Below, in pieces: positions 47,424 to 57,542 of a DNA stretch of 64,000 nucleotides. A model generated the notes under the pieces. It did not search any database. It saw nothing but the letters and a program-made list of their open reading frames with translations, and had not been told where the DNA came from. Each line of letters begins with the position of its first letter. Positions within the stretch are counted from its first letter, which is position 1. This DNA comes from Candidatus Brockarchaeota archaeon (GTDB lineage Archaea > Thermoproteota > EX4484-205 > JAAOZP01), in NCBI GenBank assembly GCA_017601225.1, contig JAFNIX010000005.1:55831-119830 (forward strand), read 5' to 3'. A program made the translations under genes and the position numbers.

Positions 47424-48809
47424 ATGCTTCTCACTCGAAGGGTACTGATGAAACTCGAGGAAGCTAGACGGCTTAATACTTATGGGTTTTTCGACGTGAT
47501 AGTAGCGGGTGGCGGTACTGCTGGCGCTGTGGCTGCGATAGCTGCTGCGAGAAATGGTGTGAAAACCCTTTTGGTTGAGCAATTCGGCTTTCTAGGAGGA
47601 AGCGGGTCGGCAGCGCTAGTGTTGCCGATGATGCCGAACCACATAGGGGGGAAGCCGCTTGTCAGGGGGATAAGCTGGGAGATACAGCAGCGTCTTCTAG
47701 AAATGGGTTGTGCCGCCATCGATAAAAAGGGTAATGAGGGTTGGTTTAACCCGGAGGCCTTAAAATTCGTGTTAGAGGAAATGGTTCTGGAGGCCGGTGG
47801 AAGGATTCTCTATTTCACGCTTGTAGAGGACGTTATAATGGATGGTGATGAACTCAGGGGAATAGTGGTGGTGAACAAGTCTGGAAGACAGGCTGTTTTT
47901 TCGAAAATAGTTATAGATTCGACTGGCGACGGGGATGTTGCTGCACTAGCAGGAGCCCCCTTCGAATCCGGAAGAAAGGAGGATGGGGTTAGCCAACCGA
48001 TGTCGTTAAGATTCATGGTGGGAAACGTTAACATCGATAAACTTGCTTTTTTCCTAGTTGAAAACGACAGCAGGAGCTATGTTGACCCTCCGCTAATAGA
48101 GTTCGCAATGGTACCGGGTGGAGGATGGCCGCTTGAAAAATACTTCAAGGAGGGTGTTGAAGAAGGCATTCTGGAGGATTCAGACATAGTTTATTTTCAA
48201 GCGTTCAGCGTGCCTGGGATGCCTGGGGTCATCGCGTTCAACTGTCCAAGAATCATCGGCAACTTCAAGGGATTTAACGCGGACCATCTCACGGAGGCAG
48301 TGATACAGGGCAGGAGAAGGATAAGCAGGCTTTTCAAGTTCTTGAAGAAGAAAATACCTGGCTTCGAAAACTCCTACTTGGCTATGACTGCTCCGATGGT
48401 TGGCGTAAGGGAATCTCGAAGAATAATCGGCGAGTATGTTCTTTCTGCACAGGACTATTTTAACGCTAGGAAGTTTGAAGACGCTGTTTCGAGAAACAGG
48501 TATCCGATTGACATACATCTACCAACCAGCCGTCTGCCGGGAGAGAGAAAACTAGGCCCTGAGGAGTACCATGAAATACCTTTCAGGTCAATGATACCGT
48601 TGAAGGTCGAAAACCTGATTGTTGCATGCAGGGCTCTGTCCGCATCTTTCGAAGCCCACGGTGCGATAAGGATCCAGCCAAACATGCGGGCAATAGGGCA
48701 GGCTGCAGGAGTTGCTGCCGCCCTTTGCGTTAAAAAGGATATCAGGCCCAGGCAACTGGATGGGAAGGAGCTTAGGGAAACATTGGTTCAACAGGGCGCC
48801 TATCTCTGA
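47424..48809 (+). CDS. FAD-dependent oxidoreductase (PF12831-like)
   Basis: 461 aa. N-terminal FDVIVAGGGTAGAVAAIAAARNGVKTLLVEQ. This family often accompanies glycoside hydrolases. Confidence 0.7.
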   Translation: MLLTRRVLMKLEEARRLNTYGFFDVIVAGGGTAGAVAAIAAARNGVKTLLVEQFGFLGGSGSAALVLPMMPNHIGGKPLVRGISWEIQQRLLEMGCAAIDKKGNEGWFNPEALKFVLEEMVLEAGGRILYFTLVEDVIMDGDELRGIVVVNKSGRQAVFSKIVIDSTGDGDVAALAGAPFESGRKEDGVSQPMSLRFMVGNVNIDKLAFFLVENDSRSYVDPPLIEFAMVPGGGWPLEKYFKEGVEEGILEDSDIVYFQAFSVPGMPGVIAFNCPRIIGNFKGFNADHLTEAVIQGRRRISRLFKFLKKKIPGFENSYLAMTAPMVGVRESRRIIGEYVLSAQDYFNARKFEDAVSRNRYPIDIHLPTSRLPGERKLGPEEYHEIPFRSMIPLKVENLIVACRALSASFEAHGAIRIQPNMRAIGQAAGVAAALCVKKDIRPRQLDGKELRETLVQQGAYL

Positions 48810-48814
48810 CATTA

Positions 48815-49972
48815 TTAACTCCATCCGCAGTACTTCTTTAAAATGGTGATGAAATACTTATAGTTTTCGAGAGACACGTCGGCGGGAACAGCATGGTCGA
48901 CGCCAGGGAAATACCCTTTTCTCTTTACGAGAGGAAGAACTCTTCTATCCACTTCTTTTTTAATCATGTCCTTATCTTTAGCCAACTCTCTCTTATCTAT
49001 CCCTCCTATCATTATAAGGTTAGGATATTTTTCCCGGATCTTAACAACATCCATGCCTGCTGCAACTTCGCATGGAGATACGCCGTTAAGACCGTATTTA
49101 AGCCAGATAGGTATTAGTTGCTCAACATTTCCGTCACTATCCACTATCAGGATTTTCACGCCATGATCTCTGAAGAATCTGGCTATCTCGCCATATGCCG
49201 TTCCCATGAACTCTTCCACCGTTTTAGGTCCTATCATGGGGCCGTTCTTGTAAGCCATGTCCTCGTTTACTATCACGAAATCTAGGTCTAAATCTTCTAA
49301 AGCCCTGTGTAAAACCTTTGTTTGAAACTCAGCGCAGAAATCCATAATCTCCTTTATTAGGCCAGGGTTCTTATAGATTCCTAGCGCTATACCATTCAAA
49401 CCAACCATATCCCTGGTCCACCAAAATGGTCCTCTGATAGTAACGAATAACAGATAATCTCTGTCCCTGTGCCTTCTAACTATGGAGCTCCAATTTGCAG
49501 GGTATCTCTCGGAATCGTTAGGATCATACCGCCTCTTAATTTTCAAAAAGTCTTCGCGATCTTTGACTGGAAACTCTATCCAGCTTCTAGTCGCAAACCC
49601 GCTCCATCCGTCTTTCCAATCTTCTTGAAAGCCGATTTGAGTTATACCTAGGCTGTCAATCCAAACCCTGTGCCGTTCGTCTTCCCTTACTACCTTGTAT
49701 TCAAAGGCAGGCTTAGGACCTATGTTGATCAAACCCTGTTCTGGTTTCCAGTCGAAGCCCTCGGCTGGGAATGATGCTATGCCGACGGCTTTAACCTCAC
49801 AGTCTTTAACGCCAAGGTACTCTGCTAAATCAGCCTTTTCCGGAAGTCCCTGTTTTATCCAGTTTTTAAAAGTAGCCGGCCTAGCATTTCCCACTCCCCA
49901 AAGAGGTATTTTATCCGAGTCTTTGAAGAAAGCAACTCTAAGAAACCTCTCCTTAATCGTTAGTGACTCCAT
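48815..49972 (-). CDS. uroporphyrinogen-decarboxylase (URO-D)-like family protein
   Basis: 385 aa. The C-terminal GYFPGVDHAVPADVSLENY resembles the URO-D/MtaA C-terminal motif. This is a fold-level call only. Confidence 0.3.
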   Translation of the reverse strand: MESLTIKERFLRVAFFKDSDKIPLWGVGNARPATFKNWIKQGLPEKADLAEYLGVKDCEVKAVGIASFPAEGFDWKPEQGLINIGPKPAFEYKVVREDERHRVWIDSLGITQIGFQEDWKDGWSGFATRSWIEFPVKDREDFLKIKRRYDPNDSERYPANWSSIVRRHRDRDYLLFVTIRGPFWWTRDMVGLNGIALGIYKNPGLIKEIMDFCAEFQTKVLHRALEDLDLDFVIVNEDMAYKNGPMIGPKTVEEFMGTAYGEIARFFRDHGVKILIVDSDGNVEQLIPIWLKYGLNGVSPCEVAAGMDVVKIREKYPNLIMIGGIDKRELAKDKDMIKKEVDRRVLPLVKRKGYFPGVDHAVPADVSLENYKYFITILKKYCGWS

Positions 49973-50150
49973 CGGTAGGAAGCCGGTTTAAGCGAACCTA
50001 TAAAACCTTTTAGCAGGTTTTTACGAGTCCATAATACGATCAGGGGGTTAACAGGATGTTCGGCGTTTCTGAGTTCAGCAGGAACCTTAATCGTTACCAG
50101 CTTCATTACCGGCAAGTAAGAGGGTTCTTTCAGGATTCTGAAGGACTGAG

Positions 50151-51272
50151 CTACTTTAAGAAATTTGAGATTATGCCGCAGATTAGGGAAATGATTCCGA
50201 ATGAGAAGAACACTGTCTGATGGCTTCCAGAAAGCTCGTAAACGATGGATGAGGATAGAAGGGAAACTGTAACTGCAGCAGAATTCCATATGAAGCTTGA
50301 GCATATGCTTGACAATCTTCCACCCGTCTTCGTCTTCTCACCTATCCAACCATAAGCGTTAACGGGCACAGTGCTTACTTGAAATCCCAGTAATACGCAG
50401 AGAACCGCGAGGGTTACCGAGTTTAAGATGACGGAGCCTAGAAGAAGTCCAGCAGCACCTGATGAAAACGCAAGCACGAAGGTCTTTCTCCTCCCTAGGG
50501 TGTCCGAGATTCTTCCCCCATAAACGCTGAACAATGCTGAAACCAGGAAATATCCGCTTAAAATAACTCCTATCATAGAAGGTCCTAGTGTTGAAGCTAC
50601 AGCGCTGCTAACGGAGTTCATGATGATGCCGTATCCATAGTAGCCGATGAATATGAAGAAAGGTATCATCTTGTTTCCGCCTGTTACAAGCAAATCCCTT
50701 AGCTCGATTGTTTCAAAAGGGTTTCCAGCGTCGGGGCCTAGAAAGAGAATCGGGAGGAACGCAAGGATGCTCAGTAAAGTGGCTGCCAGGAAGATGAAGT
50801 CATAACCATATGTTTCCTGTACTCGGCTTAGCATAATTGTTCCGAAAAAGGTTCCAATCCCCGATCCGAAGAATATCATTCCAGAATTAGTTCCAAAGTC
50901 TTTCTCTTCAGAGAAATCGAGCGCAGTGGAGATTGTCGAAACCCAGTAGAACGTTGCTGTTACTCCCCAATATATCGATGATAGTATCAGCAGGAAATAC
51001 TCTCTTGTCAAGAAGACTGAGAGTGGGAATAAGACGTACCCTGTTAAGCCGAAGAGCCGTTTCTTTTCCCTTCTTATCTCTTTAAGAAAAACGTTTAGAA
51101 ATACTCCTAGAATTATCGATATGTATACTGTTGCCAAAACAAGTGAGCTCTGTGTTTCTGCGAAAGAGTTGCTAAGATAAGGTATAAGAAACATCTGTGA
51201 AGAGCCTGCTCCTAAGAATAGGAAACACGTAACAAGAGACAGGATGATTATCTCCTTTTTCATGATTCGCAC
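50151..51272 (-). CDS. MFS transporter
   Basis: 373 aa with 12 predicted TM helices. The G..SD..GRRK-like loop (GRISDTLGRRK) lies between TM2 and TM3. Confidence 0.75.
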   Translation of the reverse strand: MRIMKKEIIILSLVTCFLFLGAGSSQMFLIPYLSNSFAETQSSLVLATVYISIILGVFLNVFLKEIRREKKRLFGLTGYVLFPLSVFLTREYFLLILSSIYWGVTATFYWVSTISTALDFSEEKDFGTNSGMIFFGSGIGTFFGTIMLSRVQETYGYDFIFLAATLLSILAFLPILFLGPDAGNPFETIELRDLLVTGGNKMIPFFIFIGYYGYGIIMNSVSSAVASTLGPSMIGVILSGYFLVSALFSVYGGRISDTLGRRKTFVLAFSSGAAGLLLGSVILNSVTLAVLCVLLGFQVSTVPVNAYGWIGEKTKTGGRLSSICSSFIWNSAAVTVSLLSSSIVYELSGSHQTVFFSFGIISLICGIISNFLK

Positions 51273-51293
51273 CTTTAACGATAGCTAGCCTGC

Positions 51294-52058
51294 TTACTTA
51301 CTGCTCTTCAAGTAGTTTCTTAGCCTTTTCAATGTTTCAATCGCTGCCTTTCTCATGAATTCCATGTCGCTGCCCACGTTGACAAGTCTGAAACCCATTT
51401 CCAAATGCTTCTCCGCATTTTCCGGACTGGAGGCTATTCCTGGACAAACCGATGTACCCCTGTGGGCTTCAACTACAATCCTTATGGCGTCGAGTACTTC
51501 AGGCTCGTTTGGATAACCCAAGTGGCCTAAGGAGGCCGATAAGTCGGCTGGACCGATAATCGTACCATCGACTCCAGGAACCGATATTATTTTCCTAAGA
51601 TTCCTTATAGCATCACCGGTCTCTATTTGAACTACAACAACCACGTTTTCATTAGCCTCCCTAACGTATTTGGTGAAATCCTGGTGCCAAACTGGTCTCC
51701 TAGGACCGCAACCCCTTATTCCCTCGGGAGGATATTTACAAGCCATTACCGCTCTCCTCGCTTCGTCCTCATTATTAACCCACGGGATTATAACGCCTGT
51801 TGGCCCAAGGTCGAGGGCCCTCTTTATGTAAACAGGGTCGTTCCATGGTACTCTGACTAGGGTTGCTGCTTCAGACTTGCCCATTGCTTGAAGTATTGTC
51901 TGAACATCTTTGAAGTCTAGGGGGCAATGCTCCATGTCTATCCAGAACCAGTCGAAACCAATGGTTCCCATGATCTCTGCAACATCTGGTTCAGGGGTCT
52001 CTATTGCCACGCCTAGTAACGCGCTTTTGCTTCTCATTTTTTCCTTGAAACTAACCAT
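51294..52058 (-). CDS. HpcH/HpaI-family class II aldolase (2-keto-3-deoxy-sugar-acid aldolase, RhmA/YfaU-like)
   Basis: 254 aa. GVAIETPEPDVAEIMGTIGFDWFWIDMEH and the conserved metal ligands (E..D) of the HpcH/HpaI (beta/alpha)8 family. Confidence 0.75.
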   Translation of the reverse strand: MVSFKEKMRSKSALLGVAIETPEPDVAEIMGTIGFDWFWIDMEHCPLDFKDVQTILQAMGKSEAATLVRVPWNDPVYIKRALDLGPTGVIIPWVNNEDEARRAVMACKYPPEGIRGCGPRRPVWHQDFTKYVREANENVVVVVQIETGDAIRNLRKIISVPGVDGTIIGPADLSASLGHLGYPNEPEVLDAIRIVVEAHRGTSVCPGIASSPENAEKHLEMGFRLVNVGSDMEFMRKAAIETLKRLRNYLKSSK

Positions 52059-52404
52059 TTGTCTCCTTATGGCCGTTAATGATATTTTAAATCTTTTCTA
52101 AAAATTAGTGTACCGGATTAGATCGGCCTTTTTAATCGCTTTCAATGCCGCATGGTGAAACATTTAATAATAAATAATAAAGACTGAAGCCGGGAGTGTT
52201 ACGATTATTGGCAACCATGAAATATACGTGCTTATTGTCTGTCCGACTACCGTGAAAAAATCCGAGAGACACGGAGCCCACTACGAGGTGAAATTTTCCA
52301 CCTTAAGCTGAAAATCATTCCGGTAGGCTTATTCTACGAATAGGGGTTTAAAGCAAGCCTTTCACTATTTTAAGGGTTGATTACCGGCTTAACGCCAGGA
52401 GACG

Positions 52405-55400
52405 TTAAAAGCCTACTTTGAAACTATAGTTCCCTGATTGGACTCTGTATACCACGCAGCCCTCTTCAACACCGATCAGCTCAACCCCCTCGGATTTTTC
52501 AGCAGGCTTTCCACTCTCCGTCACGTTCTCCGGCTTAGTCGTCGGGATATACACCAGTGCTGAAGTATTTGTTGGAATAACAAGTTTTAGGTGAAATGTT
52601 TCTCCGGAGAACCGCCAGTCAACTGTGACTCTACCATGGATAGAGTCGTAACTCGCATAAGCATGTTCAAGCTCCCTCGAGGGCTTCGGTTTAATAACGA
52701 TGCGTTTAAACCCAACATCCTTAGCGCTTATTCCCCCTACGGTTGAGAAAAGCCATTCGCCGACGCTTCCGAAAGCATAGTGGTTAAACGAATTCATTCC
52801 AGGCTCATGGATTCCTTCTTCAGTCATGCTGTTCCATCGCTCCCAGATGGTAGTCGCCCCCAGCCTCACAGGGTAGAGCCAAGAGGGGAAGGTTTCCTGC
52901 AGGAGGAGCCTATAGGCCACGTCGGTCCTGCCGAACTTTGTGAGCGCCTGCATAAGGTGCCGCGTTCCAACGAATCCTGTAGAAAGGTGCCATCCCCGTT
53001 CCTCAATATCCCTAACCAGGTGCCTCAAAACTTTTTCCTCAACTTCCTCTGGAAGCAGTTTAAAATCAAGCGCTAGAGCGTAACAGGTCTGTGTCTCGCC
53101 CTTTATGCGCCCATCTGGTTTAACATATGCTTTGAGAAACGCGTCTCTAATATTGTTGAACAATTCTTCAAAACGTTTCGCATCCTCCGCCTTACCAATT
53201 TCATAAGCCATCTCAGCCATCAGCTTAACTACGTGGGCGAAATAGGCTGTTGCGATAACGTCTCTCGGCGTCTCCGGGCCGGCTGGAACCCAATCGCCAT
53301 ATCCTATTTCCGGTCTAAGAAACCCTACGCTGTTCTTCTCAAGGTATTCTATGTATCGACGCATGTTGTTGTAGTATAGTTGAATCACACGGGTGTCTCC
53401 GTAAAACCTCCAAAGCACGTAGGGCACGATTATCCCCGCATCTCCCCAGCAGGGTGTTCCGAATCCAGCTCCAGTCACGGGGGCAACATCAGGGTATGCG
53501 CCGTCTTCTCTCTGACCATCGTTCAGGTCGATGAGCCATTTTGTCATGAACGAAGAAATGTCTGCCAAATAGGCAGCTGTCCGAGAAAAAATCTGCGCGT
53601 CGCCTGTCCAGCCCTGACGCTCATCTCGCTGGGGGCAATCGGTCGGGACCTCGAAATAGTTGGCGCGTAGGCTCCAAACAATGTTTTCGAACAGTCTGTT
53701 CAAAAGTGGGTTTGAAGAGCGGAACTCCCCTGTTATCGGAATATCGGAGTGTAGGACGATGGCTGTTACCGCGTCTAGAAGGGGTCTCCCGGGGTAACCA
53801 GTTACTTCAACGTATCTAAAACCATGATAGGTGAATCTGGGTTCAAAAATTTCCTCAGAAGAGCCTTTGCAGAAATACACGTCGGTGGAACGTGCTCCTC
53901 TTAGGTTTGCGGTGTGCAGAGTACCGTCGGGATTTAGCACTTCGGAATATCGCAGCACGATCCTATCCCCGGGTTTAGCTTTTCTAACCCTTAGCCTCAC
54001 TGTGCCTGCCAGGTTTTGACCGAAATCGTATACGAAGACACCGGGACTAACCTCTCTGATCGATTTCGCGACCAGCTCCATCGTTCTTCTTATCGGCTCC
54101 CCAGGATGGGCTGTTACCTTTAAACCAATATCTATAATATCCTCAGTGGTAACCTTTCCCCAACCACTATCGTCAAACCAAGGTTCGTCCCATCCGTTGA
54201 TTTCAAGCCTCGCGTCGTAAGTCTCACCCATGTAATTATCAGCCTCTATGAACGGGCCGTAGGATGCTTTCCAAGTCTCGTCGCTAACGATTAGCTGTCT
54301 TTCTCCGTCAGCATATTCTATTTCAAGCTGTACGAGTAAGCGCGGTCCGCGGCCGAACCTGTTCCTTCTTCCCCAACCACCCTGGTAGCCGGAGTACCAC
54401 TCACTGTGAAGAATTGCGCCGATCGCGTTAACCCCCTGTTTAAGAAGGTTCGTAACCTCGTAAGTACGATAATATGCACGTCTTCGAAAGTCAGACCAAC
54501 CTGGTATGAAATAGTCTTCCGTAACGCGTTTCCCGTTTATGCGCAGCTCGCAGCTTCCTAACACGCTAACGTATAGAAATGCGCGTTTAACCGGCTTATC
54601 TACGTTAAACGATCTTCTTAAAAGCGGGAGTGGACGCGAGTAAGGAGGCTTTACTCCTAGAACACCCCATGGCGCTGTCTTGAAATCTCCCAGCTCTAAC
54701 GAGTAGGTCCATTCCTCATCTTTGAAATCAAGCCCGTTCCAGCCTTCCTCAGAGCACGTGTTAGCCTTCCAATTCTTATCAGTAACGACGATAAGCTGTT
54801 CTCCGTTTTCAAACTCTATGATTATCTTTCCGAGCAGACCTGCCGAACCACCTCGGTTGACGACCATCGCCGCGAAAACATTCTTCCCCGGCCGCAACCA
54901 TCGCGTGACTTCGATTATCTGCGGTTTTCCATTGTTCTCTCCAGTCCAAGCTCCGTTTACGAAAGCAGTGGCCCAATCGTCAGCTACCAGTAGAAACCTT
55001 CCACTAAGTATTTTCTTATCGCGCGGTAGATTTATTATACGACGAAAGTAGCGCGCGGCCACAGGGGCGTTCTTAAGCGGGTTGTCCTCATTAAACCAGA
55101 TCCACTTGCAGCCGTTAAAATTAGGATTCTCCCATTCGGCATATTCATCGTAGCCTATCCATTTAGCCTTCCAGTCATCCGGCTCTAACAACCCCATCTT
55201 CCAAAATGCCGGCTCACTCCATTCGGAGGGCATTCCATCCCTATCCCAAACACGCACCTTCCACCAGCATTCGCTTCGAGAAGAAAGGGGTTTTCCGGCA
55301 TACTCTATCTGACTCGTCCGGCCGGATTGAACTTTACCACTATCCCACAGGTCACCAAAATCATTATCCAAGTTCAGCCTAGTGCTGGAAACAATAATCT

Positions 55401-55530
55401 GATAAGCTGTTTGATACTGTCCTCTTTCAGGGGATTCGACAACCCAGCTTAACCGGGGTTTTGCGGTATCAATTCCAACTGGGTTACCACGGTACTCGCA
55501 ACGCAGCTTTCCAATCCTTAAGCTATTCAT
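52405..55530 (-). CDS. alpha-L-rhamnosidase, glycoside hydrolase family 78
   Basis: 1041 aa. The N-terminus LRCEYRGNPVGIDTAKPRLSWVV is the hallmark start of bacterial GH78 enzymes. A six-hairpin catalytic domain and C-terminal beta-sandwich follow. Confidence 0.85.
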   Translation of the reverse strand: MNSLRIGKLRCEYRGNPVGIDTAKPRLSWVVESPERGQYQTAYQIIVSSTRLNLDNDFGDLWDSGKVQSGRTSQIEYAGKPLSSRSECWWKVRVWDRDGMPSEWSEPAFWKMGLLEPDDWKAKWIGYDEYAEWENPNFNGCKWIWFNEDNPLKNAPVAARYFRRIINLPRDKKILSGRFLLVADDWATAFVNGAWTGENNGKPQIIEVTRWLRPGKNVFAAMVVNRGGSAGLLGKIIIEFENGEQLIVVTDKNWKANTCSEEGWNGLDFKDEEWTYSLELGDFKTAPWGVLGVKPPYSRPLPLLRRSFNVDKPVKRAFLYVSVLGSCELRINGKRVTEDYFIPGWSDFRRRAYYRTYEVTNLLKQGVNAIGAILHSEWYSGYQGGWGRRNRFGRGPRLLVQLEIEYADGERQLIVSDETWKASYGPFIEADNYMGETYDARLEINGWDEPWFDDSGWGKVTTEDIIDIGLKVTAHPGEPIRRTMELVAKSIREVSPGVFVYDFGQNLAGTVRLRVRKAKPGDRIVLRYSEVLNPDGTLHTANLRGARSTDVYFCKGSSEEIFEPRFTYHGFRYVEVTGYPGRPLLDAVTAIVLHSDIPITGEFRSSNPLLNRLFENIVWSLRANYFEVPTDCPQRDERQGWTGDAQIFSRTAAYLADISSFMTKWLIDLNDGQREDGAYPDVAPVTGAGFGTPCWGDAGIIVPYVLWRFYGDTRVIQLYYNNMRRYIEYLEKNSVGFLRPEIGYGDWVPAGPETPRDVIATAYFAHVVKLMAEMAYEIGKAEDAKRFEELFNNIRDAFLKAYVKPDGRIKGETQTCYALALDFKLLPEEVEEKVLRHLVRDIEERGWHLSTGFVGTRHLMQALTKFGRTDVAYRLLLQETFPSWLYPVRLGATTIWERWNSMTEEGIHEPGMNSFNHYAFGSVGEWLFSTVGGISAKDVGFKRIVIKPKPSRELEHAYASYDSIHGRVTVDWRFSGETFHLKLVIPTNTSALVYIPTTKPENVTESGKPAEKSEGVELIGVEEGCVVYRVQSGNYSFKVGF

Positions 55531-56425
55531 ATTGGTTAACCCACCTTCCTTTTGAAGACTCTTCGAAGGCTAGAGAATCATTGCTTTTTCGCGGTTCTTT
55601 TACATTTTTATTTGCCGACAGGATAAATTCGCAATAGGGGTCTCCTTTGGCTATGCACCTTGTTTCCTCGCCTTTCAAGTCTTCTCTAAAAAGGGAGCTG
55701 AAAAACCCTGAAAGGATGCCTCTGATGAAATGGCTTTGAGGCGCAGATTTTTCTTTAAACATGTCACACTCCCAGTTATCAAAAATCTTTATAACTGCTT
55801 TCTTCTCTTTTTCATCTAGGTGTACGATCTCCATCTTTGCCCATCCTAAAATAAGGGCTCTTTTCTTAAGTATTTCAACAGCACTAATCCCTTCAACTCC
55901 ATATTCTTTTCTATATGTCTCTAAAGTGTTCTTCCCGATTTCTCTCCCCTGATACCATACTATTGTCTGGACGATTTCGTCACCAAGAGATTTTCTTAGT
56001 CCAACCAGAAAGCCCTCTAAAACAGGTATTGGAAAAATAACTGCTCTAACTTTTCCCACTTGGAGGGGGAAATGAAAAGAATCTTCGTCAAACCATCCCG
56101 AGTGATCAAAAATCTTTATTTTTTTAACAACATCTATTTTCTCCATGTCTATTTCTTTCTCAATAAGCTTTTCTAAATCCGCTAGGTTCATCTTGGTGGG
56201 AGTCTCTAAGAACATTGAAACCTCGATCTCTTCCTTTTTTGATATTGATTCACTAAGGATCCCAACTAAGTTAAATTCATGCTTCTTTAAAATATTTAAA
56301 AATGAAGCTAATGCACCGCTTTTGTTAACCAGAGTTAATGAAATGAAGTAAATTCGATTTTCAGGATCCAATATCATCCGTGAAAGGTCTATTGGTTTAT
56401 ACTCGTTCTCTGTTGTCCTAGCCAA
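55523..56425 (-). CDS. ACT-domain + V4R-domain protein (putative small-molecule sensor/regulator)
   Basis: 300 aa. N-terminal ACT-like region (ISLTLVNKSGALASFLNIL). The C-terminal CIAKGDPYCEF matches the V4R CxxxGxxxC-F motif. Overlaps the GH78 start by 8 nt. Confidence 0.45.
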   Translation of the reverse strand: MARTTENEYKPIDLSRMILDPENRIYFISLTLVNKSGALASFLNILKKHEFNLVGILSESISKKEEIEVSMFLETPTKMNLADLEKLIEKEIDMEKIDVVKKIKIFDHSGWFDEDSFHFPLQVGKVRAVIFPIPVLEGFLVGLRKSLGDEIVQTIVWYQGREIGKNTLETYRKEYGVEGISAVEILKKRALILGWAKMEIVHLDEKEKKAVIKIFDNWECDMFKEKSAPQSHFIRGILSGFFSSLFREDLKGEETRCIAKGDPYCEFILSANKNVKEPRKSNDSLAFEESSKGRWVNQYE

Positions 56426-56488
56426 TTCAAGTCTATAAAGAGATTTAGAAAAACTATTTATTCTTTTCCCATAAAGGGATTTGCTGAA

Positions 56489-57523
56489 CTACTTCTCACA
56501 ATATTTTCGGCAATCCTCAATTATTTGCATTACTTTACGTACGCTTTCAGGCGTAACGCCTAAGGGAGCTCCCTCGCGTAGAGTCTTGTAAAGTTCCTCG
56601 TAAAATAGAGTTTCACTGCGCTTAGCATTCTCATCTAGAGCCCACTCCTCCTCTCTCCAAGGGATCTCTTCCCAATTGTAGCTGCGATCTGGAGTCGGCC
56701 TTGTTTCAACCTGTCTAGGAGGAAGATCCTTAGGGTCGAAATACTTCCACCTTATCGTGTTCCCGTTTCCCGAAAGACTTCCCTGAGTACCCATTATCAG
56801 CCAATAATCCTGAGGGTAGGCGCATGCGCGAGTAACCTCTATATCGACCTTTGTTGAGCCCGGCCCTCCTAAAATTATCTTAACATGGTCCTCAGCATCA
56901 CCCAGAGTTAGGGTCCTCTGCAGGTCGCAGAAAAATACTTCTACCTCCTCCCCTACAAGTTGAATCGCTTGGTCTATAAGATGGGAAGCATTATTGTTAA
57001 GTTCTCCCCCTCCAAACTTTTTCAAAGTCTGCCAATCCCAACGTCTTCCAAAGGAGTGCAAATATATTTTCACAAGCACTATGTGCCCAAGCTTACCGGA
57101 TCTTACTATTTCCTTAACTTTTAAGAAGTCTGGAGCGTATCTCTTGTTCTGAAATACCGTTAGTATTCTTCCAGTCTTCCTTGCAACCCTTATCATCTCG
57201 TCTGCTTCAGCCAGGCTTGTTGCCATCGGTTTCTCGCATACAACGTTTTTACCTGATTTCAACGCTTCTATGGTTTGAGAAGCATGAAGATAGCTTGGTG
57301 TTGCTATAACCACCAGTTCCACCTCTTCATCCATCAGGAGTGAATTGAAATCTTTGTATGCTCTGCAACCGAACCTGTTAACAGCCTCCTTTCTCCTCTC
57401 TTCAAGTGGGTCGAAAACTGCAACCACTCTATACATGCTGGAGCATTTCTCGAGTGCATTGGCATGAAGATCCCATCCGCTTCTCCCAAGCCCAGAGATC
57501 CCGACGTTCACCCGGCTACTCAT
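56489..57523 (-). CDS. Gfo/Idh/MocA-family NAD(P)-dependent oxidoreductase (sugar dehydrogenase-like)
   Basis: 344 aa. N-terminal Rossmann fold VGISGLGRSGWDLH and the EKP motif (VVCEKPMA). Confidence 0.8.
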   Translation of the reverse strand: MSSRVNVGISGLGRSGWDLHANALEKCSSMYRVVAVFDPLEERRKEAVNRFGCRAYKDFNSLLMDEEVELVVIATPSYLHASQTIEALKSGKNVVCEKPMATSLAEADEMIRVARKTGRILTVFQNKRYAPDFLKVKEIVRSGKLGHIVLVKIYLHSFGRRWDWQTLKKFGGGELNNNASHLIDQAIQLVGEEVEVFFCDLQRTLTLGDAEDHVKIILGGPGSTKVDIEVTRACAYPQDYWLIMGTQGSLSGNGNTIRWKYFDPKDLPPRQVETRPTPDRSYNWEEIPWREEEWALDENAKRSETLFYEELYKTLREGAPLGVTPESVRKVMQIIEDCRKYCEK

Positions 57524-57542
57524 TAAAGCCCCCTCCCAGTAC

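Noticed and set aside
52059-52404. 346-bp AT-rich spacer between the aldolase start and the rhamnosidase stop inspected for ncRNA or repeats
   Set aside because: Only simple A/T runs (taataataaataataaa). There is no repeat structure or conserved RNA motif. Likely promoter/terminator space.
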